From assembly GCF_009914755.1 (NCBI RefSeq), contig NC_060929.1: a DNA stretch of 64,000 bases; one strand, 5' to 3'. Numbering within the stretch: position 1 is the first letter of the stretch; each line of letters begins with the position of its first letter. The position numbers and the translations under genes are program-made. This document shows positions 35,790 to 52,624 of the stretch, piece after piece. This DNA comes from the human T2T-CHM13v2.0 reference genome, Homo sapiens. The notes beneath the pieces were generated by a model. The model was not told the DNA's origin, did no database searches, and saw only the letters and a list, made by a program, of their open reading frames with translations.

Positions 35790-36188
35790 TGATATTGGCT
35801 GATTTGTGATCCCCCCAATTCATATATTGAATCCCTAAATCTGAGTACCACAGAATGCAACCCATTTGGAGACAAGATATTTAAAGAAGCAATTAAGTAA
35901 AAAATAGGCAATAAGATGAGTTCTAATCCAATATATCTGGTGTCCTTTTAAAAAGAGATTAAGACAGACAGAGACACCAGACAAATGCACACACTAAGAG
36001 ACAATCACGTGAACACACAGCAAGAAGGCAGCCATCTGCAAGCCAAGGAGAGGCCTCAGCAAAAACCAAACCCGCTGACACCTTGATGTCAGATTTCCCA
36101 ACTCCAGAACTGTGGGAAAATACATTGCTGTTGTTTAAGCCATCCAGTCTCTTGTATTTTGTTGTGGCAGCCCTGGTAAAATAATATG
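35790..36188 (+). mobile_element. MLT1 (A0/B-like) solo LTR
   Basis: GAAGGCAGCCATCTGCAAGCCAAGGAGAGGCCTCAG...CTCCAGAACTGTG...GTTTAAGCCATCCAGTC. Confidence 0.87.
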
Positions 36189-37009
36189 TGGTGCTTAATA
36201 GATTTTGAATTAAAATTATCTTAACAAGCATAGTAATACTAACGTGAACACTATTTTTTTTCCACCTGGTACCTATTACCTTATATACAGATAATAATAT
36301 ATACAACATATAAAATAATTACTCCATAAATTACAGAAAAATATCACTATCATTGACTCATGTACTTTAACATACGACTATATTGTAACTTTTTCTTACA
36401 GCTTAGATAGAAACTTGAAACCTAGAAAGGTTTGAGTATTTGTTTTTTTTTATAAATTTAAATTTAATTGACTTTCTGAAGTTCAAAGTGATGCTTTATA
36501 TATGACATCATTAATCTCTCACTTGAATTCTATGATGTTGGCAGGGACAATTTTACTTTTCCTGTCATGAATTTTTTTGGTGTGAATTTAAAATAAATAA
36601 AATCACCAAAAGAAAAACTGAGAAATAATTACCCACACAGCTGAATCTTTGAGGTACATTAATCAATTTGATTTTATTTTATAGAGTGCCTTTTGTATTG
36701 AATAGTCACATTACATAATTTTTGAAAAAATACTTTTTTTGAGCACTTCTTGTGTATAAAGTCTTCTGCTAGTTACAACACAAGCATCATTGTTTTAAGC
36801 ATCACAACACACGCATCATACCTGTGTCTTCCTAATTTACAGACAAAAGGTTCAGAAAATTAAATAATTTGCCTAAGATTGCAAAACTAGTAATCAACAA
36901 AACCAATGTTAGGGATTATTCAAATTCTAAACCAAGGCTTCTAAGTGTCACACAATATTTTTAAGAAGGGTTAGCCTGAAGGAGGATTCCCAAATGATGA
37001 AGCTTAGAC

Positions 37010-37182
37010 ATATTGTATGTATCTAAGTATGTTTGTATATACATATTGTACACATTTCTATATATGAAGGTATTCATAATATATAAGCATATGTATACAT
37101 ATATTTGAATGTAAATATGTGTGTATATATACACATATGCATACATATATGTGTGCTTATATATACTTACACATACACACAC
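37010..37182. repeat. TA/TG/CA low-complexity repeat
   Basis: Degenerate alternating purine-pyrimidine tract. Confidence 0.75.
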
Positions 37183-38939
37183 GGACTTATTTTTCTATGT
37201 AATCATGATACATTTTGGAGAAGTGTGATAAGTTAAAAGTAAAATATTATAGAATATTAAAAAATAATTAAAAGTAAATTTAGGTATTTTACCCAACTTC
37301 TTTAAGTACATTAAAGTATACTTCATAAAAAACATAGCAAAATTTCATCACCCTATCCTCCCTTCTCAAAATTAGTAGAATCCCTAAATTACTCTTGAGA
37401 TCTTCATAGATAGAGTAGGAAATAATGAACTTAACCACTTTAACCAATTAAAAGGAAAAATACAATCAATTCAACTATCATAGAAAATATCCTTTGATAA
37501 AGTTCTATACAGATCTTGGTATAAAATGTTTGGATTACTAGAAACAATATATTTTTTTTTACTTGACAAACTGCATCAACTAAAACTTAACATCGCTTCA
37601 GAAATAAAATGATAGAACTAATCTCATTAAGTTAAAGAGTACAATAAACTGACCTAGAATCACTATTTCTCTCTGCATCATCTAGGAGATCCTAGGCACC
37701 CAAAATTAAAAGAAATTAGCAAGATCTGATTATCCAGTGATGTATTGGAGTCTGTTGAAATGGGTTAACATTAATAAATGAAAAGAATATGTTTATCTGA
37801 AGTACCGTCTTATTTCTGGTCAGAAAATGAGCAAATCACGTAGGTGCTTACACTTGCTAAACTGGACACCACAGACCAAAGCTGGGACATAAATCTAGTA
37901 GAACAAAATGTCAATATTCATTATTGGTTATAGCTTAATATAGAAGTACAGACACCCGCTGATTTTACTCTCTGCACCAGCACATCCTCAACAAAGAATT
38001 CAGGGCACACTGTCACAATGGAAGCTATAGCCATTGAAGTTGTGAGCAATACCTATGACTCAGCGGAGAGTTGAAGATTTGAGGAGCTTTCTTTTGGGAG
38101 AACCAGAGCTATATGAAATGAAAGGAGAAATAAAAATGTCACTGCAGAAGGAAGAATTAGAATCTTTATTCTAGGATTGGCAGACTGTACCAGTAATTCG
38201 TGAATATTGTTTGGGAGATGCGTGTGCTTCCAGTCTGAGCCAGCTGGGAAATCTTCTGGGTTTTTCTAAAGAATACTGTCCCATTATCCTCAGAGTGAAT
38301 CATGAGGACTCTGAGTTCTTAGAGAGGAAAGGAGATTAAACAGCATCAGGATGACATAAATTTTGTTTGAGAATATAGAAATATTATTAATTCCAAAGTT
38401 ATTAACACTGTCCAATACATTAAGAATAAAACTTGTTAAAGATGATAAATTATTGATAAATATTCGTATGAGAAATAAGTCAGACAACTAGAGATGATAT
38501 ATGTAGGTGGTTATGTTTGTTGGTCAAAATTGTGAACACTTGTTAGGATGGATAACTTTATTTGGTGTTCTCAGGACATCCCTATGGGGATTAGAAAGTC
38601 TGCATTTTGAAGAGGTGGTAAAATTAAAAAAATTCTTCTTTCATGATAGATTTCTCACCCGCAGGGTATCAGCGAATGTGCTTTAGATTGGAAAGATGAT
38701 ACACACATGCATACACACACATGCTTTCAACTTCATAGACTCAAATGATTTCACAAACTGAAAATTTGTAGCACCCTAATAATGTTTTAGGAAAACTGTA
38801 TTCTAAAGAAAACAAAACAAATAAATCAATATGTTGCTTGGGTCATAATTACAATGCTTGTCAATTATAAATTCCTGACCTCCATAAATGTCCATTTTTG
38901 GTTAATGGACATAGACTCATAAAGGAATTATGTCACTTG

Positions 38940-39450
38940 TGTGCTGACTTGCTAGGACTGGCATGACAAAGTATCACGAAGTGAGTGGACTTAATAACAG
39001 AAATTTATTGTCTTTTAGTTCTAGAGGATAGAAGTCTAAGATGAATGTGTTGGCAGGGTTGACTCCTTCTTCTTTTTTTTTTTAAATTGAGTCCCACTCT
39101 GTCGCCCAGGCTGGAGTGCAGTGGCGCAATCTTGGCTCACTGCAACTTCGCCTCCCAGGTTTAAGTGATTCTCCTGCCTCAGCCTCCCGAGTAGCTGGGA
39201 CTTCAGGCGCCTGCCACCAGGCCCGGCTAATTTTTTGTATTTTTAATAAAGATGGGGTTTCACTGTGTTAGCCAGGATAGTCTCGATCTCCTGACCTCGT
39301 GATCTGTCTGCCTCAGCCTCCCAAAGTGCCAGGATTACAGGAGTGAGCCACCGCGCCGGGCCCGGGGTTGGCTCCTTCTAAGGGCTGTGAGGAAGAACCT
39401 GTTTCATGCTTTTCCCATTGTTTCTAGTGGTTTTCTGGCAATCTTTGCTG
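38940..39450 (-). mobile_element. MLT1 LTR fragment interrupted by an Alu
   Basis: AACAGAAATTTATTGTCT...GTTCTAGAGG...GTGTTGGCAGGGTTG | Alu | CTCCTTCTAAGGGCTGTGAGGAAGAACCTGTT. Confidence 0.8.
39071..39362 (-). mobile_element. AluY/Sc-like
   Basis: GTTAGCCAGGATAGTCTCGATCTCCTGACCTCGTGATC. TSD GGGTTG(A/G)CTCCTTCT at 39056-39070 and 39365-39379. Confidence 0.92.
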
Positions 39451-39724
39451 TTTCTCCACATCTTTGCCAACGCTTGTGCTATCTCTTATCTTTTTTGATA
39501 GTAGCCATCATCTCAGGTATGAAGTGTTATCTCATTGTGGTTTTGATTTGCATTACCCTGATGAGGAGTCAGACAAAAAAAGACTAATATTGCAGAATCT
39601 CATTTATATGTGGAATCTTAAAAAGTTAAACTTACAGAAGTAGACAGCGGAATGGTGGTTACTAGGGGCATGGACATATAACAAAGAGGGTGGTGTCAGT
39701 CAAATGGTATAAATTGCAGTTATA
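39451..39724. mobile_element. L1MA fragment with inversion (antisense 39451-~39564, sense 3'UTR ~39567-39724)
   Basis: TTTCTCCACATCTTTGCCAAC...CTCATTGTGGTTTTGATTTGCATT (antisense ORF2 end), then CTCATTTATATGTGGAATCT...CAGAAGTAGACAGCGGAATGGTGGTTAC (sense). Confidence 0.75.
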
Positions 39725-40095
39725 ACACCAAAAGCTCAGAGTGTCTGGGTGCTTTCTTGCATTTGAGTACTTTCCTGGTGGCCTGAGAGCATTTCAGATC
39801 TCCTAGGGCACCCAGAAGCCAACCCAAGGATCTGGAGAATGGAGCCACCAGCCAGTCTTGTTGTCCCAGGAATTCAGCATGCAGCTTGGGAGTGCCGAGC
39901 CAAGATCTGTGGCCATTACTCAAGCAGGGGAGGAGCCTACACTCAGAATAGGTGGGGATTGATGGGGTGGCACAGGAACTGGTTATGTCCCCCTTGACAG
40001 GGCCAGTTCAAAAAGTGTGTGGCTTATCCCCATAATACAGCATCTGCCCAAAGGAGCCCCATGGTCCAGAACATCTAATAAAAGAAACAGAGGCA

Positions 40096-40556
<461 letters not shown>

Positions 40557-42805
40557 CTACTGTCATTACTCTTACGTGTCATTTAGTGGATCACAGCCCA
40601 AACTAAAACATCAAATATCTTTTGCTAATATACTTCCCCGTGAAACCAAGAGCAAGAACTCAGCCACAAATAAAGACCTTGTACGGAGGTCTGGCCCTCT
40701 GAAAACACCCAAAAAGAAAAGCCAACTGACCATACTCAACTTAGTCACCTTTAAAAGAACACCAGCCCTCTCAGAGGAGAAAGAATCAGCACAAGTACTC
40801 TGGCAATTTAAAAAGCCAGAGTGTGTACTTACTTCCAAAGGAGTCCACTAGCTCCCTGGTAATGGTTCTTAACCAGTCTGAAATGACTGAGATGATGGAC
40901 ATAGAATTCAGAATTTGTATAGCAAGAAAGCACATCAAGACTTAGGATAAAATTAAAACCCAATCCAAGGAATGCAAGGAATAGAGTAAAATGATGGAAG
41001 GACTGAAAGATTAGTAACTTTTTAAAGAAAGAACCACACTGAACTTCTAGAGCTCAAAAATTCACTACAAGATATATAATCGGAAGTATTAACAGCAAAA
41101 TGGACCAAGGTGAGGAAAGAATCTCAGAGCTCAGTAACTGGTCCTTTAAACCAGGCTTAATTAGACAAAAAATAAATACAAAATAAGTTTAAAATGAACA
41201 AAACCTTAGAGAAATATGGGATTCTATAAGGAGATCAAATATATGACTCATTGCAATTCCTGGGAGAAAAGGAGAAAGAATGAAAGACTTGTAAAATACA
41301 CTTGAGGACATAGGCCATGAAAATTTTCTCAATCTTGCTAGCGAAATTGACTTGCAAATTCAAGAAAGAGAGAGCATTCTGGCCAGATGCTGTAAAAGGC
41401 AACCATCCCCAAGGCTCAAAATTAGATTCACCAAGGTCAACACAAAAGGAAAAATCTTAAAGGCTGCCAGAAAGAAGAGTCAGGTCATATATATTATATA
41501 CAGACAGAACCCCATCAGGCTGGCAATGGACCTCTCAGTAGAAGTCTTACAACCCAGAAGAGATTGGGCTTAGTTTCAGCAACTTAAAAAAAGGAAATTC
41601 CAATGAAGACTTTCATATCCCACCAAACTAAACTTCATCAATGAAGAAATAAAATTCTTCTCAGAAAAGCAAATACTGAGGACATTTGTTTCCATTAGAC
41701 CAGCCTTACAAGAGGTCCTTAAGGAAATGCTGAACGTGAAATTGAAAAATGACACCTGCTACTCCAAAAACACACTTAAGCACATAGCCCGCAGACACTG
41801 TAAAGCAACTACATGTTCAAGTCTACATCACACTCAGCTAACAACATGATGAAAGGATCAAAATCTCACATATCAATACTAACCTTGAGTTTAAATGGAT
41901 TAAACACCCCACTTAAAAGACACAGAGTGGCAGGCGGGATAAAAAGACAAGAATTAACTGCCTTCTGTCTTCAAGAGACCTATAATAAAATCCACAAGCT
42001 CAAAGCAAAATGATAGAGAATGATCTACCAAGCAAAAGGACGACAAAAAAAAAGAGCAAGAATCACTATTCTTGTATCAGATAAAACAGACTTAAAACCA
42101 ATAATAATTAAGAAAGGCATTACGTAATGATAAAGGATACAATCCAACAAGAAGACTTAACTAACTGTCTTAAATATATATGCACCCAACATTGGAGCAA
42201 CCAGATTGAGAAAACAAGTTCCTCTTTATCTACCAAAAGACTTATTTAGCCACACATTAATAGTGGAAGACATCAACACCCCAGTGACAGCATTAGACAG
42301 ATTATCAAAGCAGAACTCTAACAAAGAAACTTAACTTTGACACTTGACTTAAACTTGACACTAGACCAAATGTATCTAATAGACATCCAAAGAACACTCC
42401 ACCCAGCAACCACAGAATATACATTCTTCTGACCTTCACACAGAACATTTTCTAATATTAACCACATGGTCAGTCATAAAGTAAGTCTCAATAAATTCAA
42501 AGAATTAGATATCATACAAACCACACTTTCAGAATAGAATGCAATAAAAAAAAGAAGTGAATATGAATAAAATCTCTCAAAATTACACAAATACATTAAA
42601 ATTAAACAATTTACTCCTGAATAACTCTTCAGAGAACATCAAAATTAAGGCAGAAATAAAAAATTCATTGGAATTAATGAAAATAAGGACAAATCTTATC
42701 AAAATCTCTGGGATGTAGCTAAAGCAGTAGTAAGAGAAAAGCTTATAGGCCTAAACACCTTCATCAAGAAGTTAGAAAGATCTCAAATATCAGTAAAAAT
42801 AACTA

Positions 42806-43201
<396 letters not shown>

Positions 43202-45786
43202 CTATCTGAATTAACAACAACAGCACAAGAAGAAAATCCCATCAGAAATTAGAAAGAAAATATTACAAATGATTTTTCAGAAATACAAAACATCTCAGAC
43301 TACTATGAACAACTCTATGCACAAAAATCTGGAGACAATAGATATATTCCTGGAAACAGATAATACCTCAGAATTGAACTAGGAAAAAAATAAAATCCAG
43401 AATAGACCAATATCAAGTTCTGAAATTGTATCAGTAACAAAAAACCTACCAACCAAAAAAAGCCCTGGACCAGATGGATTTACAGTCAAATTCTCTCATA
43501 TGTATAAAAAAGAACTGACATCAATCCTACTGAAACTATTCCAAAAAATTGAGGGAGACTCCTTCCTAACTAATTTTATGAAACCAGCATCAACCTGATA
43601 CCACAATCTGGCAGAGACACAGCAAAAAAAAAAAAAAAAAAAATCAAAAACAAAACTTCCCGCCAGTATCCCTGATGAACATAGCCATAAAAATACTCAA
43701 CAAAATACTAGCATACTGGATCCAGCAGCACATCAAAAAATTAATTCACCATGATCAACAAGGTTTTATTCCTGCGATGCAAAGTTGTTTCAACCCGTAC
43801 AAATCTATAAATATGATTCACCACATAAACAGAATTAGACAGTAAAACCATATGATTATTTCAACAGATATAAAAAAAAGACTTTTGATAAACTCCAACA
43901 GCCCTCCATGATAAAAAACTCCCAACAGAGTTGGCATCACAAAACATAGGTCAAAATAATAAAAGCCATCTATGGTAAACTCACAGCCAACATCACACCA
44001 AATAGGCCAAAGCTGGAAACATTCCCCTTAAGAACTGCAAGACAAAGGTGCCCACTCTCACCACTCCTATTCAACATATACTAGAAGTCCTAGTCAGAGG
44101 AATAAAGTGAAAGAAAGAAATGAAAGGCATCCATATAGAAAAAGAAGATGACACTAATAAATGGAAAAGCATTACATGCTCATGGATAGGAAGAATCAAT
44201 ATCATAAAAATAGCCATAATGCCCAAAGCAATTTAAAGATTCGGCACTATTCCTAGCAAACTACCAATGTCATATGGAACCTAAAAAGATCCTAAATAAC
44301 CAATGCAATTCTAGGTAAATAGAACAAATCCAGGGACATTGTACTACCAAAGTTCAAACTATACTGTAAGGCCACAGTCATAAAAATAGCATGATACTTG
44401 TACAAAAACACACATGTAGATCAATGGTACAGAACAAAAAACCCGGAAATAAAGACTCACACTTACAATCACCTGATCTTCAACAAGGTGGACAATAATA
44501 AGCAATTGGGATAGGACTACTTATTTAATAAGTAGTGCTGGGATAGTTGGCTAGTCACATGCAGAAGAATGAATCTGGACCCCTAACTTTCACCGTATAC
44601 AAAGCTAACTCAAAATCAACTAAAGCTTTTAAAATAAGTCCTCAAACTAAAATCCTAGAAGAAAACCTAGAAAATACCCTTCTTGACAGTGGCCATGGCC
44701 AATAATTTTTGGCTAAGTCCCCAAAAGGAATTTCAACAAAAACAGTAATTGACAGGTGTGATGTAATTAAACTAAATTGCTTCTGCACAGAAAAATAAAC
44801 TATTTACAAAGTAGACAACCTATAGAGTGGGAGAAAATATTCGCAAATATATACCAATCACCTTGTATCTGACAAAAGTCTGATATCCAGAATCTATAAT
44901 GAACTTAAATCAAGAAACAAAAAAGAATCTCAATAAATAGGCAATAGACGTTAACAGATACTTCTGAATAGAAGACATACAAGTGGCCAAAAAGTTCAAC
45001 ATCACTAATCATCAAAGAAATGCAAATCTATACCACAATGAGATACTATCTCATGCCACTCACAATGGCTATTACTAAAAAGTAAAAAAAATAATAATAA
45101 TAACAGATGCCGGCAAGGCTGTGGAGAATAGGGAATGCGCATACACTGTTGCTGGGTATATGAATTAGTTCAGCCACTGTGGAAAGTAGTTTGGAGATTT
45201 CTCAAAGAACTTATCATAGAGCTACAATTTGTCCCAGCAATCCTATCATTGCATATATGCCCAAAGGAAACACAGATCATTCTACCAAATGGACACATGT
45301 ACCTAAATGTTCATCATCATGCTGTTCACAACAGCAAAGACATGGAATCAACTAAGGTGCTCATTAGTGGTGGTGGATCGGGTAAAGAAAATGTGGTATA
45401 AATACATTATGGAGTACTACAGAGCCATAGAAAAAAGAACGAAATCAGGTCCTTTGCAGAAACATGGTTGCAGCTGGTGGTCATAATACTAAGCAAATTA
45501 GTGCAGGAACACAAAACCAAATATGGCATGTCCTCACTTATAAGTGGGAAATAAATACTGAGCACACATGGGCATAAACATGGGAAAAAGAGACACTGTG
45601 GACTACTAGATGGGGTAGAAAAAAAGAGTGGTGTGAATTGAAAAACTACTTATCATGTACTATGCTTACTACCTGGGTGATGTGATGCATACCCCAAACC
45701 TCAGCATCACACAACAGATTCGTGTAACAGACTTGTATATGTACCCTCATATCTAAACTAAAAGTTGAAATTAAAAACAAAAACAA

Positions 45787-46693
45787 GGGCGGGAGGAGCC
45801 AAGATGGCCGAATAGGAACAGCTCCGGTCTACAGCTCCCAGCGTGAGCGACGCAGAAGACGGTGATTTCTGCATTTCCATCTGAGGTACCGGGTTCATCT
45901 CACTAGGGAGTGCCAGACAGTGGGCGCAGGCCAGTGTGTGTGCGCACCATGCGCGAGCCGAAGCAGGGCAAGGCATTGCCTCACCTGGGAAGCGCAAGGG
46001 GTCAGGGAGTTCCCTTTCCGAGTCAAAGAAAGGGGTGACGGACGCACCTGGAAAATCGGGTCACTCCCACCCGAATATTGCGCTTTTCAGACCGGCTTAA
46101 GAAACGGCGCACCACGAGACTATATCCCACACCTGGCTTGGAGGGTCCTACGCCCACGGAATCTCGCTGATTGCTAGCACAGCAGTCTGAGATCAAACTG
46201 CAAGGCGGCAACGAGGCTGGGGGAGGGGCGCCCGCCATTGCCCAGGCTTGCTTAGGTAAACAAAGCAGCCAGGAAGCTCGAACTGGGTGGAGCCCACCAC
46301 AGCTCAAGGAGGCCTGCCTGCCTCTGTAGGCTCCACCTCTGGGGGCAGGGCACAGACAAACAAAAAGACAGCAGTAACCTCTGCAGACTTAAGTGTCCCT
46401 GTCTGACAGCTTTGAAGAGAGCAGTGGTTCTCCCAGCACGCAGCTGGAGATCTGAGAACGGGCAGACTGCCTCCTCAAGTGGGTCCCTGACTCCTGACCC
46501 CCGAGCAGCCTAACTGGGAGGCACCCCCCAGCAGGGGCACACTGACACCTCACACGGCAGGGTATTCCAACAGACCTGCAGCTGAGGGTCCTGTCTGTTA
46601 GAAGGAAAACTAACAACCAGAAAGGACATCTACACCGAAAACCCATCTGTACATCACCATCATCAAAGACCAAAAGTAGATAAAACCACAAAG
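45787..46693 (+). promoter_or_regulatory. L1 5'UTR: CpG-rich internal sense promoter and antisense promoter; YY1 site at 45801-45809
   Basis: AAGATGGCC near the 5' end. The only CpG-dense non-Alu block in the window. Established L1 5'UTR architecture. Confidence 0.9.
46023..46238 (-). CDS. ORF0: L1 ORF0 (71 aa, antisense, primate-specific)
   Basis: MAGAPPPASLPPCSLISDCCASNQRDSVGVG...RCVRHPFL lies within the ORF-track frame 46023..46307; ATG at 46238. Confidence 0.88.
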   Translation of the reverse strand: MAGAPPPASLPPCSLISDCCASNQRDSVGVGPSKPGVGYSLVVRRFLSRSEKRNIRVGVTRFSRCVRHPFL

Positions 46694-47710
46694 ATGGTGA
46701 AAAAACAGAACAGAAAAACTGGAAACTCTAAAACGCAGAGTGCCTCTCCTCCTCCAAAGGAACGCAGTTCCTCACCAGCAACAGAACAAAGCTGGATGGA
46801 GAATGATTTTGACGAGCTGAGAGAAGAAGGCTTCAGACGATCAAATTACTCTGAGCTACGGGAGGACATTCAAACCAAAGGCAAAGAAGTTGAAAACTTT
46901 GAAAAAAATTTAGAAGAATGTATAACTAGAATAACCAATACAGAGAAGAGCTTAAAGGAGCTGATGGAGCTGAAAACCAAGGCTCGAGAACTACGTGAAG
47001 AATGCAGAAGCCTCAGGAGCCGATGCGATCAACTGGAAGAAAGGGTATCAGCGATGGAAGATGAAATGAATGAAATGAAGCGAGAAGGGAAGTTTAGAGA
47101 AAAAAGAATAAAAAGAAATGAGCAAAGCCTCCAAGAAATATGGGACTATGTGAAAAGACCAAATCTACGTCTGATTGGTGTACCTGAAAGTGATGTGGAG
47201 AATGGAACCAAGTTGGAAAACACTCTGCAGGATATTATCCAGGAGAACTTCCCCAATCTAGCAAGGCAGGCCAACGTTCAGATTCAGGAAATACAGAGAA
47301 CGCCACAAAGATACTCCTCGAGAAGAGCAACTCCAAGACACATAATTGTCAGATTCACCAAAGTTGAAATGAAGGAAAAAATGTTAAGGGCAGCCAGAGA
47401 GAAAGGTCGGGTTACCCTCAAAGGAAAGCCCATCAGACTAACAGCGGATCTCTCGGCAGAAACCCTACAAGCCAGAAGAGAGTGGGGGCCAATATTCAAC
47501 ATTCTTAAAGAAAAGAATTTTCAACCCAGAATTTCATATCCAGCCAAACTAAGCTTCATGAGTGAAGGAGAAATAAAATACTTTATAGACAAGCAAATGT
47601 TGAGAGATTTTGTCACCACCAGGCCTGCCCTAAAAGAGCTCCTGAAGGAAGCGCTAAACATGGAAAGGAACAACCGGTACCAGCCGCTGCAAAATCATGC
47701 CAAAATGTAA
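46694..47710 (+). CDS. ORF1: L1 ORF1p RNA-binding/chaperone protein, 338 aa, intact frame
   Basis: Full canonical length. Coiled coil, RRM and CTD with ARREWG and YPAKLS motifs present. Confidence 0.96.
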   Translation: MVKKQNRKTGNSKTQSASPPPKERSSSPATEQSWMENDFDELREEGFRRSNYSELREDIQTKGKEVENFEKNLEECITRITNTEKSLKELMELKTKARELREECRSLRSRCDQLEERVSAMEDEMNEMKREGKFREKRIKRNEQSLQEIWDYVKRPNLRLIGVPESDVENGTKLENTLQDIIQENFPNLARQANVQIQEIQRTPQRYSSRRATPRHIIVRFTKVEMKEKMLRAAREKGRVTLKGKPIRLTADLSAETLQARREWGPIFNILKEKNFQPRISYPAKLSFMSEGEIKYFIDKQMLRDFVTTRPALKELLKEALNMERNNRYQPLQNHAKM

Positions 47711-47773
47711 AGACCATCGAGACTAGGAAGAAACTGCATCAACTAATGAGCAAAATCACCAGCTAACATCATA

Positions 47774-51596
<3,823 letters not shown>

Positions 51597-51639
51597 ACAA
51601 TGAGATCACATGGACACAGGAAGGGGAATATCACACTCT

Positions 51640-51673
51640 GGGGACTGTGGTGGGGTCGGGGGAGGGGGGAGGG
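51640..51673 (+). other. L1 3'UTR G-rich tract (G-quadruplex-forming potential)
   Basis: GGGGACTGTGGTGGGGTCGGGGGAGGGGGGAGGG. Confidence 0.75.
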
Positions 51674-51841
51674 ATAGCATTGGGAGATATACCTAATGCT
51701 AGATGACACATTAGTGGGTGCAGCGCACCAGCATGGCACATGTATACATATGTAACTAACCTGCACAATGTGCACATGTACCCTAAAACTTAGAGTATAA
51801 AAAAAAAAAAAAAAAAAAAACAAAAGCAAAACAAAGCAAAC

Positions 51842-51988
51842 TAACTAGGTGAGATTATAGATGTGTTAACTGACTTGATTGTTGTTATCATTTCACATAA
51901 TATACACATACCAAATAATTAGATAGTATAGATTAATCACATAATTTTTGAATTATACTTTATTAAACCTGCAAAATAAAAAAAAAAA
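51842..51988 (+). mobile_element. L1MA terminal 3'UTR fragment (probable continuation of 39567-39724)
   Basis: TAACTAGGTGAGATTATAGATGTGTTAACTGACTTGATTGTTG...ATTAAACCTGCAAAATAAAAA resembles the L1MA end. Confidence 0.7.
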
Positions 51989-52624
51989 TGTCATTTGGTA
52001 TAAATAATGCAAGGTCTATCTATCTAATACCAATGAGAGTTGTTTCCTATTAAGTATAGAGTTTTTGTGAATTATTATGGAATTTTTCCTGCATTTATTG
52101 TGAAGTAGTAGTAATCATCGGAAATTGAAATTTGTTAATATTTTTACTTTTGAACATATTTTGGAAATGGAAAGTATAACGAGTTTTTTTCTTCTTATAA
52201 TTAATCGCAATGTACTGAATCTGGGATGTACAAAATCAAATGTGTATTTATTTATTCAATCATTCAAATATGTTTGTAAAGCTTTCAAAATAGGCATTCG
52301 TCCTTTTTTAATGAGGATCACAATCTAGTGGGTAATACCCATTTATTTCTTGCTGTTAATCAGATTGATTAAATGTTACCCTGTGTCCTTGTCTCAAAAT
52401 GCAAACTCTGTCTACATCTTTAGTGGAAAATCTGTTAAAATGCTGAGAACTAGTTTTCAGTCAAGTCAGTCAGCCAATGGCTTACATCTTTAGAGGAAAA
52501 TCTGTTAGAATGCTGAGAACTAGTTTTCAGTCAAATCAATTGAATAAATAAATACACATTTGAAATGACTTTGTGGGCATTAATAATTCACTTAATCTTT
52601 CTGCTTGGTACATTCTCATCTAGA

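Noticed and set aside
51821-51988. 3' transduction carried by the L1HS (sequence followed by a second A-run)
   Set aside because: The probable TSD lies directly at the L1 tail. The segment matches an L1MA end continuing the fragment upstream of the L1 stack, and no TSD follows the second A-run.
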